The notes under the pieces: model-generated
Told to the model about the DNA's origin: nothing
The model's input: only the letters and a program-made list of their open reading frames with translations
Databases searched by the model: none
DNA from: Marivivens sp.
GTDB lineage: Bacteria; Pseudomonadota; Alphaproteobacteria; Rhodobacterales; Rhodobacteraceae
Reading direction: 5' to 3'
Assembly: GCA_023254495.1 (NCBI GenBank)
Contig: JALRLK010000048.1
Location: forward strand, 1 to 48,512
Length of the DNA stretch: 48,512 bases
In this document: piece by piece, positions 1-10,525 of the stretch
Layout: each line of letters opens with the position of its first letter
Position numbering within the stretch: the first letter of the stretch is position 1
Program-made: the position numbers and the translations under genes

Positions 1-580
1 GAAAGCTGGCGGCCCAGCGCTGAAATCGCTCGTTGGCAAGCAAGCGCTCGCGCCACGCAAGCAGCCACCCTGAACTCAACATTCGGCTGGACAGGGCGTT
101 CGAGAGGCCGGACATCGTGCAAGGCTCAGGCTGCGCGCCGCGCGAAATCATGAGCTCGGCCAAGACGACCTGCACGGCCGAAAAGAATTCGTCCCTGCCA
201 CGGCTCAAGCTCGTCTGCAGAGCTTGTTCCTTCTCATCCTGACCCTGTCGAACCGCCTGCACCTTGTCATCGAAGGCGTCAGCCTCGATCCGAAAATCGG
301 CCGGATCCATCGTCGGGCGGCGCTCTGTCAAGCCGCGCTCTTCGGCTTGCAGCTCCTCGGCGAACTTACGATTCTCGGTTTCCAGCGCTTTGGCCTGCAG
401 GTCGATATCCGCGCGAATACGCTGGCCGTAGAGGGTCTGCACAAACAGCTGATCAAGATTGATCGTCAGGATCAGGCTGCGAAACTCGGTCGCGCGCGTG
501 GTCGTGCTCTCTTGCGCGACAGCCTGCCCCCCGAAGAGGGCAAGCAATCCAAGGCAGACAGCGACCCAGAGTTTCCGCAT
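1..580 (-). CDS. OmpH/Skp-like periplasmic chaperone (3' end runs off the left edge)
   Basis: The minus-strand frame is open from 580 to 1 (I checked every codon for tta/cta/tca; it is absent from the ORF track because it has no stop). The ATG at 580-578 overlaps the bamA stop (ATGA). The product starts MRKLWVAVCLGLLALFGGQAVAQ (signal peptide), then a charged coiled-coil-like stretch (QAKALETENRKFAEELQAEERGL). skp/ompH is the usual gene after bamA. The last ~45 codons look less typical to me. Confidence 0.6.
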   Translation of the reverse strand, partial: MRKLWVAVCLGLLALFGGQAVAQESTTTRATEFRSLILTINLDQLFVQTLYGQRIRADIDLQAKALETENRKFAEELQAEERGLTERRPTMDPADFRIEADAFDDKVQAVRQGQDEKEQALQTSLSRGRDEFFSAVQVVLAELMISRGAQPEPCTMSGLSNALSSRMLSSGWLLAWRERLLANERFQRWAASF

Positions 581-2916
581 CAGAACGACGTGGCGATTGT
601 CAGGTCGAAGGATTTGGGCCGGTCATAGCTTTCGGACAAGAGCGGCTGCATGAAGTTGAACCGCAGCGGGCCAATCGGTGTTTTCCAGAACAAAGACAGA
701 CCCGCAACCGCGCGTGGCGTGAAGTCGTTATAGAGAACGTCCGATACATCGGAGAGACCCGTATCCCAAAGCGAACCGTAGTCGATGAAAGCACCGCCGT
801 GCATCCCAAACTCGGTGGGAAGGCCAATCGGGAACTCGGTCTCGAGGCGAACCACGGCATAGGTATTGCCGCCGAGCGAATCGTTTTCCCCATCGCCGGT
901 GTAGCGCGGGCCAAATCCGCCGGGCTCAAAGCCGCGAATGATGCCGCTGTTCATGAAATAGCGGTCGGTGATCCGGCTCGCTCCCTCGAGGAAGTAGAGG
1001 TAGCCGCCCTCAACCGTGGCGTGCAGCGTCACCTCCTCGTTCATGATCTTGGTCTCAGCCGCGAGTGTGGCCGTGTTCTTCAGGAAGGTCGCTTCACCAA
1101 ACGCATATTCCTGTCCGAAGCGCAGCAAGACCCCTGCATTTGGATTGAGGCCGGTGCGGCGATTATCCCATGTGTAGGTGTAGCCGACCGAATTCGTCCA
1201 GCGTCCGCCCGCAGCGGCATCGTCAAGAATTGGCTGCGAGTTTGTGGAAACGTTCGACAAGAGCGAATAGTCGATCGAGTAGCTAAGGGCCAACCGTGCG
1301 TTTTCGCTGACCGGGAAGCTGAGCGACGGCGAGAAACCAAAGCTCGTCGTGTCATAGAGCGCTGCCTCGTTGTCGGTGGTCTTATAGCCTGACCGCAGAC
1401 CAAGTCTCAGATCAGGACCCAGCAGGTAGGGCTCGGTGAAGTTGAACGTCAGGATCCGGTTGGTTGCCGAAGTTGAAACCTGGAAATCAAGCGCCTGCCC
1501 TCGGCCCAGGAAATTGCGCTCGCTATAGCTCGCGATCAAGCTAAAGCCGGTGTCGGTGTTGTAGTTCGCGCCGAAGGTCAGCGATCCGGTCGGAACCTCT
1601 GTCACAGCCACATCGACAATCACCTGTTCGCTGGACGACCCTGCCCGCGTGCCGACCTCGGCATTCGAGAAGAACCCAAGCGCACGGATGCGCGACGCGC
1701 TTTCGCGGATCGAGCGGGGGTTGAGAGGATCGCCCTCAACAAGGGTGAACTGGTTGCGAACGACACGGTCGAGCGTTGTCGTATTGCCCGTGATATCGAT
1801 GCGCTCGACGAAAACGCGCGGGCCACGCACCAGCGCATAGTTGAGATCGAGCTTTAGATCGCGATCACGGCGGGTGATTTGCGGAACGGCCTGAATGAAT
1901 TGCAGGCCGAGCTGATTGGCCTGGAACTCGAGACGCGCAATATCGTTCTCAATCCGCAGCGGCGAATAGGTCTGACCATCTTTGGTGCGGATGATGCCGT
2001 CAAACTCGGCCAAGTCGACATCCGGCAGATCCGAGGTAACCTTGACCTCGCCGAATTCGTATTTCTGCCCCTCTTGGACATTGAACGTAATGAGATAGGT
2101 GTCGCGCTCACGCGTAAGCTCAAAGTCAACCGACTGAATCTCGAAATCGACATATCCGCGCGAGCGATAGAACTCGGTCAGCACCTGTTTGTCGAAATCG
2201 ATCCGGTCGGCGACAAAGGTATCGCGTCCGATGATCGCCCTCAATAGGCCGGCCTGCTTGGTCTCGAGCACACCACGCAGACGATAATCCGAAAAGCTGC
2301 GGTTGCCGACAAAGCCAATACGCGAAATCTCGGTCACACCGCCTTCGAAAATCTCGAAAACAAGATCAACTCGGTTGTCGCTGCGGCGGATGATGCGGGG
2401 CGTAATGGTCGCGCTGATCCGTCCATTGTCTGCATAGAGCTGGACAATGGCACCCACGTCGCGTTCAACCTGGCTCGGGCTAAAGACATGGCGCGGCATC
2501 GATTGGATCGCCGACCGCAGATCATCGTCCTTGATCTTGGCGTTGCCCTCGAAAGAGATCACGCTGATAGTCGGAAGTTCGACAACCGTGACGATCAGCG
2601 TCGATCCGCTCACCCTCGCATCCACTGTCTCGAAAAGTCCGGTTTCGCGCACGGCCTGAACCGCATCGTTTAGGCCCGCGGCGCTGACCGCTTGGCCCGA
2701 CGAAAGGCCCAGATAGGTCAGGATGGTCTGGGTTTCGATCCGCTGATTCCCCTGGATGGAGATGCCAGAGAAGCTGTAGCTCTGCGCCACAGCCGGCAAC
2801 GCGCCCAGACCCAGCACGGCCGCAAGAACAAAGCCCTTGAAAAATTTGAAAAGCCGCGCGGCAGCGCTCGTGGCAAGGTCGCTCATCAGATCAGCCAGTA
2901 TTAAATCCCTAAACAC
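580..2916 (-). CDS. bamA: Outer membrane protein assembly factor BamA
   Basis: 778-aa ORF with a signal-like N-terminus (AAVLGLGALPAVAQS), POTRA-like repeats and a C-terminal barrel ending ...FDLTIATSF (terminal aromatic residue). It sits in the conserved position after rseP. The start is uncertain (GTG 2916 or ATG 2886). Confidence 0.93.
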   Translation of the reverse strand: MFRDLILADLMSDLATSAAARLFKFFKGFVLAAVLGLGALPAVAQSYSFSGISIQGNQRIETQTILTYLGLSSGQAVSAAGLNDAVQAVRETGLFETVDARVSGSTLIVTVVELPTISVISFEGNAKIKDDDLRSAIQSMPRHVFSPSQVERDVGAIVQLYADNGRISATITPRIIRRSDNRVDLVFEIFEGGVTEISRIGFVGNRSFSDYRLRGVLETKQAGLLRAIIGRDTFVADRIDFDKQVLTEFYRSRGYVDFEIQSVDFELTRERDTYLITFNVQEGQKYEFGEVKVTSDLPDVDLAEFDGIIRTKDGQTYSPLRIENDIARLEFQANQLGLQFIQAVPQITRRDRDLKLDLNYALVRGPRVFVERIDITGNTTTLDRVVRNQFTLVEGDPLNPRSIRESASRIRALGFFSNAEVGTRAGSSSEQVIVDVAVTEVPTGSLTFGANYNTDTGFSLIASYSERNFLGRGQALDFQVSTSATNRILTFNFTEPYLLGPDLRLGLRSGYKTTDNEAALYDTTSFGFSPSLSFPVSENARLALSYSIDYSLLSNVSTNSQPILDDAAAGGRWTNSVGYTYTWDNRRTGLNPNAGVLLRFGQEYAFGEATFLKNTATLAAETKIMNEEVTLHATVEGGYLYFLEGASRITDRYFMNSGIIRGFEPGGFGPRYTGDGENDSLGGNTYAVVRLETEFPIGLPTEFGMHGGAFIDYGSLWDTGLSDVSDVLYNDFTPRAVAGLSLFWKTPIGPLRFNFMQPLLSESYDRPKSFDLTIATSF

Positions 2917-2946
2917 CTACGGAGTATCGGGATTACCGGACCTTGT

Positions 2947-2978
2947 CAAAAACACAAACGCGCCCCGGAGGGCGCGTT
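2947..2978 (-). terminator. Intrinsic terminator between rseP and bamA
   Basis: The minus strand reads AACGCGCCC-tccg-GGGCGCGTT followed by TGTGTTTTTG. Confidence 0.7.
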
Positions 2979-3214
2979 CTGCTTAATTTGTGAAACTTTG
3001 CGTATCGGTCTCAGATCGAGCCGAGATAAGCCGCAAATCCCAGAGCGCCAAGAATGGCGCCAACGAACAAAAGCCGGTCCAGGTTAAGTCCGATCAGATA
3101 GGACAATCCACGGTATCAGGAGTTGAGCGCCTGCATGATCCTGCACCAATAACGATTTCAGCCCTTTCAGTGTCCCTCAGGATTGCGGCCAAAAAACGGC
3201 ACAATCGGGGAACC

Positions 3215-4543
3215 TCAGGGGCAAAGGCCCGGAACAGTATCATTTGCTAAAGCAAGGAACATCATCATCAGGATGAGGGCCAACCCAATCATCGTCAGGA
3301 TCCGAAGGGCAGAGTCCGAAGGCTTGCGCCCACTTACGGCCTCATAGGCATGAAACACCAGATGACCCCCGTCGAGGATAGGGATCGGGAAAAGATTCAA
3401 AAGGCCAATCGCGGTCGAGAGAAGGCCCAAGAACTGGATATAGGTGCCGATTCCTTGGGCCGCCATTTCACCCGAGGTCTGGGCAATGCCGACGGGGCTT
3501 GAAAGATTGCAGGTCGAAATCTCGCCGGTGAGCATATGCCACATCCCCGAGACCGAAACCTTCGCGATGTACAAAAGCTGTCCCCAGGCATAGCGAAGGG
3601 TCGTCGCGATATCCGGCGAAGAGGTTTGTGGCTCGAAGAAGAGCCCACCGGAAAGGCCGATCAGCCAACGTGTCTCAAAATCACCGTCCCGCAGCGGAAG
3701 GTCGACACGGCGCGGGGCGATATCAAAGCTCAAGGTCTCGCCTTGCCGCCAGACCTCAAAGGTCATCTCCCGCCCCTCAGAGGCGGCAACGATGTCCATC
3801 ATCTGCGAAAATGCGAGAACCGGTGTCCCGTCGATCGCGGTGATGACGTCATCAGCCAAAACCCCAGCTTCACGCGCAGGGCTATCGGAGCTCACCGAGA
3901 GCGCCAAGGTCGGCTCGGGATAGGGGCCGCGCACGACGATTTCCTCGCCGGCACGTCCAACCCGATAGTCAACGGACGCAACCATCGGAATCTTGTCCGT
4001 CGCGGCAACAACATCCGCAATGGTCGGGGTTTCGATGCCACCGATGGCAAGTATCCGGTCGCCTGTTTCGAGCTCCTGCTCATAGGCGTCCGGCAAATTC
4101 GGCACAGAAGCCAAAGTGAGCGGGTCGGTTGCAACACCGACAGACAGGACCGCCCAAGCAAAGACGAGAAATGCGAAGATGAAATTGAAGGCCGGACCGG
4201 ATGCAACCGTCAGGGCGCGGGCCCAGACCGGTGCTCCGGCCATGCTGTCTCTGGACGCACCGGCGGCGGCATCGGCGCCCATCGACGCGGCGTTGCTGTC
4301 GCCCTTGAATTTCACATAGCCGCCAAGCGGAACCAGTGCGATCTGCCATACCGTTCCTCTGCGATCAACGCGCCGCCAGAGGACCGGCCCGAAACCGATC
4401 GAGAACACATCCGCCTTGATCCCGCTCCAACGCCCTGCGAGGTAGTGGCCCATTTCATGCACAAACACGATCACCATCAGGGCGACGAAGAAAGACAGAA
4501 GTGTAAGGCCGGTAGAGCTAAACTGCGGAAGAAGGCTCGTCAT
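3215..4543 (-). CDS. rseP: RIP zinc metalloprotease RseP (site-2 protease)
   Basis: 442 aa. HEMGH zinc motif near the N-terminus (FVHEMGHYLAGR), a central PDZ-like region and a C-terminal membrane segment with LNLFPIPILDGG. Conserved dxr-rseP-bamA order. Confidence 0.93.
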   Translation of the reverse strand: MTSLLPQFSSTGLTLLSFFVALMVIVFVHEMGHYLAGRWSGIKADVFSIGFGPVLWRRVDRRGTVWQIALVPLGGYVKFKGDSNAASMGADAAAGASRDSMAGAPVWARALTVASGPAFNFIFAFLVFAWAVLSVGVATDPLTLASVPNLPDAYEQELETGDRILAIGGIETPTIADVVAATDKIPMVASVDYRVGRAGEEIVVRGPYPEPTLALSVSSDSPAREAGVLADDVITAIDGTPVLAFSQMMDIVAASEGREMTFEVWRQGETLSFDIAPRRVDLPLRDGDFETRWLIGLSGGLFFEPQTSSPDIATTLRYAWGQLLYIAKVSVSGMWHMLTGEISTCNLSSPVGIAQTSGEMAAQGIGTYIQFLGLLSTAIGLLNLFPIPILDGGHLVFHAYEAVSGRKPSDSALRILTMIGLALILMMMFLALANDTVPGLCP

Positions 4544-4551
4544 GGGTACTC

Positions 4552-5721
4552 TTAGGCTGAAATTGCAATGAGATCCGATGCGCGACGGCGCGCAAGTCGG
4601 TCGGTTTCGAGAATATCGTCAAGGCTATTTGCGGCGCGGTTCAGACCATCCGACGACCACATCTTGTCGAGCACATCTTCGACAAACCCAGCCATGTCCA
4701 AAAACCCTATTCGCCCGGCGATGAAGGCATCGAGTGCGATTTCCTTTGCGGCGTTGAAGGCCGCGCCGCTCTGCCCTCCGGCCCCCATGACCGACTGCGC
4801 AAGGCGCAGAGCCGGATAACGCTCGGGGTCCGGGGCTCGGAACGTCAATGTTCCGATCTTGGCCAGATCCAGCCGTGCGACAGGCAGTTCCCGCCGCTCG
4901 GGCCAATTCAGGGCGAAGCCTATGGCATGACGCATATCTGAGGCCCCGACATGGGCCATGAGCGCCCCGTCACGAAAGCCGACCAATGCGTGGACAAGGC
5001 TTTCTGGATGGATCACCACCTCGATCTGCGCGGGATCGATCCCAAAGAACTCGCGGGTTTCGATCAATTCCAGCGCCTTGTTGAACATCGACGCGGAATC
5101 GATGGTGATCCGCTGCCCCATCGCCCAATTGGGGTGGGTCGAGGCATCGGCAACTGTCGCCCGTGCGAGGCGTTCGACAGGCCAATCACGCAGAGCACCT
5201 CCCGAGGCAGTGATGATGATGCGTTCAACCGCTCCGATATCCTCGCCGACAAGCGCCTGAAAGACGGCCGAGTGCTCGCTATCAACGGGCAGAATGCGTG
5301 CGCCGTGGGCTTCGGCCGCCGCCATGACCAAGGGGCCCGCTGCAACGAGTGTTTCCTTGTTGGCCAGCGCCAGAGTGGCCCCCTGCCGGATCGCTTCCAT
5401 TCCCGGCACAAGGCCTGCCGCACCGACGATGGCCGACATGATCCAGTCCGCCGGACGGCCTGCCGCCTCGGCCACGGCCGCATCCCCTGCCGCAGCTTCG
5501 ATGCCGGTGCCGGCGAGCCTGTCTTTGAGGGCGCCAAAAAGCGCGGGCTCGCAGGTCACAGCCAGCTTTGCCCCCAGCTCAATGGCATCGCGGGCAAGTT
5601 GATCGACGTTGCGGCCACATGTGAGCGCGACGACATCGTAGCTCGCGATATCACGCCGGATCAGATCAATCGTGCTTTGACCAATGCTACCGGTCGCGCC
5701 CAGAATGGAGATCCGCCTCAA
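4552..5721 (-). CDS. dxr: 1-deoxy-D-xylulose 5-phosphate reductoisomerase
   Basis: 389 aa. The N-terminal ISILGATGSIGQST dinucleotide-binding motif and the length are typical of Dxr. The start overlaps the cdsA stop by 4 nt. Confidence 0.95.
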   Translation of the reverse strand: MRRISILGATGSIGQSTIDLIRRDIASYDVVALTCGRNVDQLARDAIELGAKLAVTCEPALFGALKDRLAGTGIEAAAGDAAVAEAAGRPADWIMSAIVGAAGLVPGMEAIRQGATLALANKETLVAAGPLVMAAAEAHGARILPVDSEHSAVFQALVGEDIGAVERIIITASGGALRDWPVERLARATVADASTHPNWAMGQRITIDSASMFNKALELIETREFFGIDPAQIEVVIHPESLVHALVGFRDGALMAHVGASDMRHAIGFALNWPERRELPVARLDLAKIGTLTFRAPDPERYPALRLAQSVMGAGGQSGAAFNAAKEIALDAFIAGRIGFLDMAGFVEDVLDKMWSSDGLNRAANSLDDILETDRLARRRASDLIAISA

Positions 5722-6506
5722 AAAAGGCCTCCGTCTTTCAGCACCTCAACCGCGAAGAGGAACAAGGCCGCGCCGGTCAAAGCATCGAACCGGTCGAGCA
5801 GCCCCCCGTGGCCGGGGATCAGGTTTGAGCTGTCCTTGATACCCGCAAAGCGCTTGATCGCGCTCTCAGTGATATCCCCCATCTGACCGGCAAACGCGGC
5901 AAGCACCGACAGGACGATCACCGAGGCGCCGCTCCCGAGAGGCCCTTCAAAACCGTAGCCCGCAAACGCGGCCCCCACGACACCGGCTCCGATCCAGCCT
6001 GCGATTGTTCCGCTCCACGTCTTTTTCGGGCTCACTCGTGGCCAGAATTTCGGCCCTCCGAGTATCCGGCCCGCGAAATATCCAAGGATGTCGGACGCGA
6101 CGACAATCAGAACAAGCCAGAGAAGCCCGATGATGCCTTCGCCCCGCGTAGTCAGAAACCAAAGCATCGCAGCGGCAAGGACCAGACCGTATCCGGCAAA
6201 AATCCATCTGCCGCGCGCCACAAGCAAAGCGCCGATCACCGGCACGACCATGAGGACAAGAGAGCCCAACCCCAATGACCACCCCTGCCCGACCGCCATC
6301 GCTCCGGCCGCCAACACGCCCATTATTTCAGGTCGCGGCGCCCCGAGCATCCGCGCCAGCTCCCAGATCATGCCGCCACTGATCAAGACAGCAAGAAACG
6401 AGAACCAGAAGCCGCCCTGCCAAACCGCAGCTCCGCCGATCGCAATCATGCCGATCGCGGACAAGACCCTTGTAGCCAGATCACCCCATTTGCCAGCCGC
6501 CGCCAT
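5718..6506 (-). CDS. cdsA: Phosphatidate cytidylyltransferase
   Basis: 262-aa polytopic membrane protein ending with the CDS signature region SAIKRFAGIKDSSNLIPGHGGLLDRFD. Sits in the uppS-cdsA-dxr order. Confidence 0.9.
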   Translation of the reverse strand: MAAAGKWGDLATRVLSAIGMIAIGGAAVWQGGFWFSFLAVLISGGMIWELARMLGAPRPEIMGVLAAGAMAVGQGWSLGLGSLVLMVVPVIGALLVARGRWIFAGYGLVLAAAMLWFLTTRGEGIIGLLWLVLIVVASDILGYFAGRILGGPKFWPRVSPKKTWSGTIAGWIGAGVVGAAFAGYGFEGPLGSGASVIVLSVLAAFAGQMGDITESAIKRFAGIKDSSNLIPGHGGLLDRFDALTGAALFLFAVEVLKDGGLF

Positions 6507-6507
6507 A

Positions 6508-7230
6508 TCAGGCCTTCACCGCGCCGAACCGCCGGTCGCGGGTCGCATAGTTTTCGACAATCCTGCCAAACTCTTCTGCGGTGAAATCCGGCCAGAGCGT
6601 GTCGACAAACTCGTATTCGGAATAGGCCGACTGCCAGAGAAGGAAATTCGAAATGCGGGCCTCGCCCGAGGTGCGGATCACAAGGTCGGGGTCCGGCAAC
6701 ACATGGGTGTCGAGGAACCGCGCAAGCGTTTCGGCATCGACATCCTCGGGCCTGAGTTGCCCCGCCTGAACCTCGAAGGCCATACGCTTTGCGGCGCGGG
6801 TCACCTCGTCGCGACCGCCGTAATTGATAGCAATCGTCAGGTGGATCAGATCGTTATGCGCCGTCAGAAGCGCTAGCTCGTCCATCAGCGCCACGAGCTT
6901 GTACTCGAGCTTCACACGATCCCCGATGAAGCGCACTCGCACGCCCGCTTCGACCAGCGCGCGCTGCTCTTTCTCGATATATCGACGGAAGAGCTTCATC
7001 AGCCCCGCGACCTCGGTCTGGGTCCGCTTCCAGTTTTCGGTCGAGAAGGCAAAGACGGTCAGGTATTTGACCCCGAGCGCAGGGCAGGCCTCGACGATCT
7101 CGCGCACCCGTTTGGCGCCCGCGTGATGGCCGAACAGGCGGGGCCGCCCCCGCATCTGTGCCCAGCGTCCGTTGCCGTCCATGATGACGGCAACATGGCG
7201 CGGACCTTTCGCCTCGGTTGTCTCGGCCAT
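6508..7230 (-). CDS. uppS: Di-trans,poly-cis-undecaprenyl-diphosphate synthase
   Basis: 240 aa. HVAVIMDGNGRWA and FSTENWKR motifs are characteristic of cis-prenyltransferases. Confidence 0.95.
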   Translation of the reverse strand: MAETTEAKGPRHVAVIMDGNGRWAQMRGRPRLFGHHAGAKRVREIVEACPALGVKYLTVFAFSTENWKRTQTEVAGLMKLFRRYIEKEQRALVEAGVRVRFIGDRVKLEYKLVALMDELALLTAHNDLIHLTIAINYGGRDEVTRAAKRMAFEVQAGQLRPEDVDAETLARFLDTHVLPDPDLVIRTSGEARISNFLLWQSAYSEYEFVDTLWPDFTAEEFGRIVENYATRDRRFGAVKA

Positions 7231-7251
7231 CGGGCCTCCGGTTTGTGCAGG

Positions 7252-7815
7252 TCAGACCTGCATGATCTCGGCCTGCTTGGTCTCGAGGGTCTGATCGACG
7301 ATCTTGATATACTTGTCGGTCAGTTCCTGAACCTCGCCTTCCCAGAATTTCTGGTCGTCTTCCGACAGGCCGTCGGCCTTGGCCTTCTTGACTTGATCCA
7401 TGCCGTCGCGGCGCAGGTTACGGATCGCGACGCGGGCGTGTTCGGCATAGTTGCCGGCGACCTTGGTCAGCTCGCGGCGGCGCTCTTCGTTCAGCTCGGG
7501 GATCGGCAGCATGATGATCGTGCCGTTCAGCTGGGGATTGATCCCAAGCCCCGACTCGCGGATCGCCTTCTCGACCTTGCCGACCATGCCCTTGTCCCAG
7601 ACGTTGATCGTGACCATGCGCGGCTCGGGGACGTTGATCGTTCCGAGCTGGTTGATCGGGGTCATCTGGCCGTAGGCATCGACCATGATCGGTTCGAGCA
7701 TCGAGCCCGAGGCGCGGCCCGTGCGCAGCGAGGCGAATTCGGTCCGCAGCGCGTGGATCGCACCGTCCATGCGGCGCTGGAGATCATCGGTGTCGAGTTC
7801 GAATTCATCTGCCAT
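7252..7815 (-). CDS. frr: Ribosome recycling factor
   Basis: 187 aa. Typical Frr sequence ([20 protein letters not shown]...) and the pyrH-frr order. Confidence 0.95.
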   Translation of the reverse strand: MADEFELDTDDLQRRMDGAIHALRTEFASLRTGRASGSMLEPIMVDAYGQMTPINQLGTINVPEPRMVTINVWDKGMVGKVEKAIRESGLGINPQLNGTIIMLPIPELNEERRRELTKVAGNYAEHARVAIRNLRRDGMDQVKKAKADGLSEDDQKFWEGEVQELTDKYIKIVDQTLETKQAEIMQV

Positions 7816-7856
7816 CTTGGTCGTCCCGGTCTTGCGAAATTTGCGTTGCTATAGCG

Positions 7857-8582
7857 TCAACCGTGCACGGTTGTATAGGTGCCTTTGCCAGCAAGGATGC
7901 CCTTGAAACCGCCCGGCTCGTCCAACGAAAAGACGATGAGCGGCATTTTGTTGTCGCGGCAAAGCGCGATGGCGGAGGCGTCCATCACCTTGAGATTCTT
8001 TGCCAAAACCTCGTCATAGCTGATCCGCTCGAACCGCTTGGCTTGCGCGTTCTTCTTGGGATCGCTGTCATAGATGCCATCGACCTGCTTGCCCATGAAG
8101 ATTGCTTCACAGCCCATCTCGGTGGCGCGAAGGGCGGCAGCGGTGTCGGTGGTGAAATAGGGGTTGCCGGTGCCGGCAGCGAAGATGCAGACGCGTTTCT
8201 TCTCAAGGTGCCGCACGGCGCGGCGGCGGATATAGGGCTCGCAAACCTGATCCATCGGGATGGCCGAGATCACGCGGGTAAAGACGCCAACCGCCTCGAG
8301 CGCAGACTGCATGGCCAGCGCGTTCATCACCGTTGCCAGCATCCCCATATAGTCGGCCGTGGTCCGCTCCATCCCCTGCGCCGAGCCCTGAAGCCCGCGG
8401 AAGATGTTGCCGCCGCCGATCACCATGCAGATCTCGACCCCCATATCGTGAACCGACTTCACCTCCTGCGCGATGCGCTCGACGGTCGGCGGATGCAGGC
8501 CGAAGCCCTGATCGCCCATCAGCGCCTCGCCCGAAATCTTGAGCATTACGCGTTTGAAGGTCGTCTGGTCACTGTCGCTCAT
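7857..8582 (-). CDS. pyrH: UMP kinase
   Basis: 241 aa. [14 protein letters not shown] and [10 protein letters not shown] motifs. Confidence 0.95.
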   Translation of the reverse strand: MSDSDQTTFKRVMLKISGEALMGDQGFGLHPPTVERIAQEVKSVHDMGVEICMVIGGGNIFRGLQGSAQGMERTTADYMGMLATVMNALAMQSALEAVGVFTRVISAIPMDQVCEPYIRRRAVRHLEKKRVCIFAAGTGNPYFTTDTAAALRATEMGCEAIFMGKQVDGIYDSDPKKNAQAKRFERISYDEVLAKNLKVMDASAIALCRDNKMPLIVFSLDEPGGFKGILAGKGTYTTVHG

Positions 8583-8660
8583 CCGCGGGTCTCGCTCTTT
8601 GTTTCTTGATTGGGAGTCTTTCGTTGCCCGGCAAAATGTCGGAAAAGGGCGCCGTGTTCA

Positions 8661-9578
8661 ATGCCAAGCGCGCCGGAAAATGATGCTCCGCGCGATATAA
8701 CGCCAGCCGATGAGCCTCAGGTGATCGATCCAAAAGACATCCCCGACGACAAACCGGTTCTGATCGCGGGTCCGACCGCGTCGGGCAAGTCGGCGCTGGC
8801 GCTCTCGATCGCGGCCGAACGGGGCGGGATCATCATCAATGCCGATGCCCTTCAGGTATTCGATGGATGGCGCATCCTGACCGCACGGCCCAGCCCGGAC
8901 GAGCTGTCCATCGCGCCACACGCTCTTTATGGTCACATCCCTTTTGATGCCCCCTATTCGGTGGGCCATTGGCTGCGGGATGTGGAAGGGCTTTTGCGCG
9001 GGCCCGACCGGCCGATCATCGTCGGAGGGACAGGGCTTTATTTCCGAGCGCTTACCGAGGGCTTGGCCGAGATCCCGCCGACACCGTCCGACGTGCGTCT
9101 GGAAGCGGATAGCATTCCCCTACCCGACCTGATCGCTGACCTCGATCCTCGGACCCGAGACGCCCTCGACGTCACTAACCGCGCCCGAGTTCAGCGTGCC
9201 TGGGAAGTGCTCCGGGCGACCGGGCGAGGAATCGCCGACTGGCAGGCCGATACACCTGCCCCGCTTCTTACGCTGGGGGCCTCAGTCCCCCTCGTCATGC
9301 AGGTCGGCACCGACTGGCTCAACGACCGGATCACCCGCCGGTTTGACCAGATGCTGGCCATGGGCGCCCTCGACGAAGCGCGACAGATGCTGCCGCATTG
9401 GGATCCTGCGTTTTTGTCATCGAAGGCCATCGGAGCGCCGGAGTTGATCGCCCATCTCAAAGGTGAGCTTTCGCTCGACGAGGCGCGGGAGGCTGCGATC
9501 ATTGCATCGCGGCAGTATGCCAAGCGCCAGAGGACATGGTTTCGGGCACGAATGAAGGACTGGCGGGCAATACCGTAG
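8661..9578 (+). CDS. miaA: tRNA dimethylallyltransferase
   Basis: P-loop [16 protein letters not shown]-terminal [11 protein letters not shown] motif. I prefer the ATG at 8661 over the track start at 8610, whose extension is Cys/Arg-rich and unlikely to be real. Confidence 0.9.
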   Translation: MPSAPENDAPRDITPADEPQVIDPKDIPDDKPVLIAGPTASGKSALALSIAAERGGIIINADALQVFDGWRILTARPSPDELSIAPHALYGHIPFDAPYSVGHWLRDVEGLLRGPDRPIIVGGTGLYFRALTEGLAEIPPTPSDVRLEADSIPLPDLIADLDPRTRDALDVTNRARVQRAWEVLRATGRGIADWQADTPAPLLTLGASVPLVMQVGTDWLNDRITRRFDQMLAMGALDEARQMLPHWDPAFLSSKAIGAPELIAHLKGELSLDEAREAAIIASRQYAKRQRTWFRARMKDWRAIP

Positions 9579-9587
9579 TTATCCACA
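9579..9587 (+). promoter_or_regulatory. Perfect DnaA-box 9-mer TTATCCACA, with a degenerate second copy (CACCCACAG) 3 nt downstream
   Basis: Read directly: tag|TTATCCACAggttCACCCACAgg, starting immediately after the miaA stop, in the AT-richer miaA/AraC spacer. Confidence 0.3.
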
Positions 9588-9694
9588 GGTTCACCCACAG
9601 GAATTTGGACAAACTTCTATTTTTGTCATTGTCGGCAAGCATAAAGCCAGCATTCTTGCAGAATTCGAACCTCGCCCCCGCCCAAGAGCCTTAA

Positions 9695-10525
9695 ATGACC
9701 GACCTGATCCCTGATCCCGCAAACCGCGTGACCCTGACAGCACTTGCCCAAAATCCGGCCAACGGCCGCTGGCGGACGGAAGCCATGCGGAGCCACAGCG
9801 CACCGCGTCTCTTGTTTGTCGCCAAGGGCCAGGGCCGGATCACGGTTGCGGGCCTCACCTCGGGTTATGGTCCGAACAATCTGGTCTTTATCCCCGCCCG
9901 GACGATGTATGGTTTCGAGGTCGGGCCGACCGTATTCGCCCGGATGCTCAGCATCCCTGCGTCGATGATCGAAGACTGGCCGGATGAACCCGTCCACCTT
10001 CGCTTGCGAGATGTGGCCGCACAGAAAGAGCTGGCCGCGATCTTTGACTCCCTCGAGCGCGAGATCAAATCCGACAAGTCCGGCCAAGCCCGAGCTGCAC
10101 AGCACCATGTGGGCCTCCTTTCGGTATTCTTCGAGCGCCAGGTGGCGAGCCACCCGACAGACCCGGCAACCGACCTCAGTCGCACAGCCTCGGCCCGCCT
10201 CGTGGCGGCCTACTCCGACCTTGTGGAGCGCGATTTCCGCCACCACAAAGGCATCGCCGAATACGCGGCCGATCTCGGCGTGACGCCGACCCACCTGACC
10301 CGTTGCTGCCGCGCCACCAGCGGCCGTTCGGCCCTGCGGCTTTTGACCGATCGCGTGATCTATGAAGCGCGTGTTCTCCTGCGCGAAACCCGCACGCCGG
10401 TTCAGGAAATCGCAAAGTCCTTGGGGTTCACATCGGCCGCCTATTTTACGCGCAGTTTCCAGCAGGAGACCGGACAAACACCAACCGGTTTCCGCCGTTC
10501 AGGGCTTTCGGTTCAACGGTTTTGA
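9695..10525 (+). CDS. AraC family transcriptional regulator (cupin-type N-domain plus C-terminal HTH)
   Basis: 276 aa. The C-terminal region (IAEYAADLGVTPTHLTRCCR...IAKSLGFTSAAYFTRSFQQETGQTP) is a typical AraC double HTH. Confidence 0.85.
   Translation: MTDLIPDPANRVTLTALAQNPANGRWRTEAMRSHSAPRLLFVAKGQGRITVAGLTSGYGPNNLVFIPARTMYGFEVGPTVFARMLSIPASMIEDWPDEPVHLRLRDVAAQKELAAIFDSLEREIKSDKSGQARAAQHHVGLLSVFFERQVASHPTDPATDLSRTASARLVAAYSDLVERDFRHHKGIAEYAADLGVTPTHLTRCCRATSGRSALRLLTDRVIYEARVLLRETRTPVQEIAKSLGFTSAAYFTRSFQQETGQTPTGFRRSGLSVQRF

Noticed and set aside
33-628. Plus-strand ORFs 33-242, 224-628 and 459-653 at the left edge.
   Set aside because: They lie antisense to the open minus-strand OmpH-like frame, which starts with a signal peptide and is coupled to the bamA stop. 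Their translations are not protein-like.
3011-3106. A 31-codon minus-strand ORF (TTG start) encoding MSYLIGLNLDRLLFVGAILGALGFAAYLGSI, a single hydrophobic helix. It lies between rseP and the terminator at 2947-2978.
   Set aside because: It has only a TTG start with no convincing Shine-Dalgarno sequence, an in-frame TGA four codons upstream, and is too short to judge by composition. It is worth checking in ribosome profiling or by conservation, but I cannot support it as a gene.
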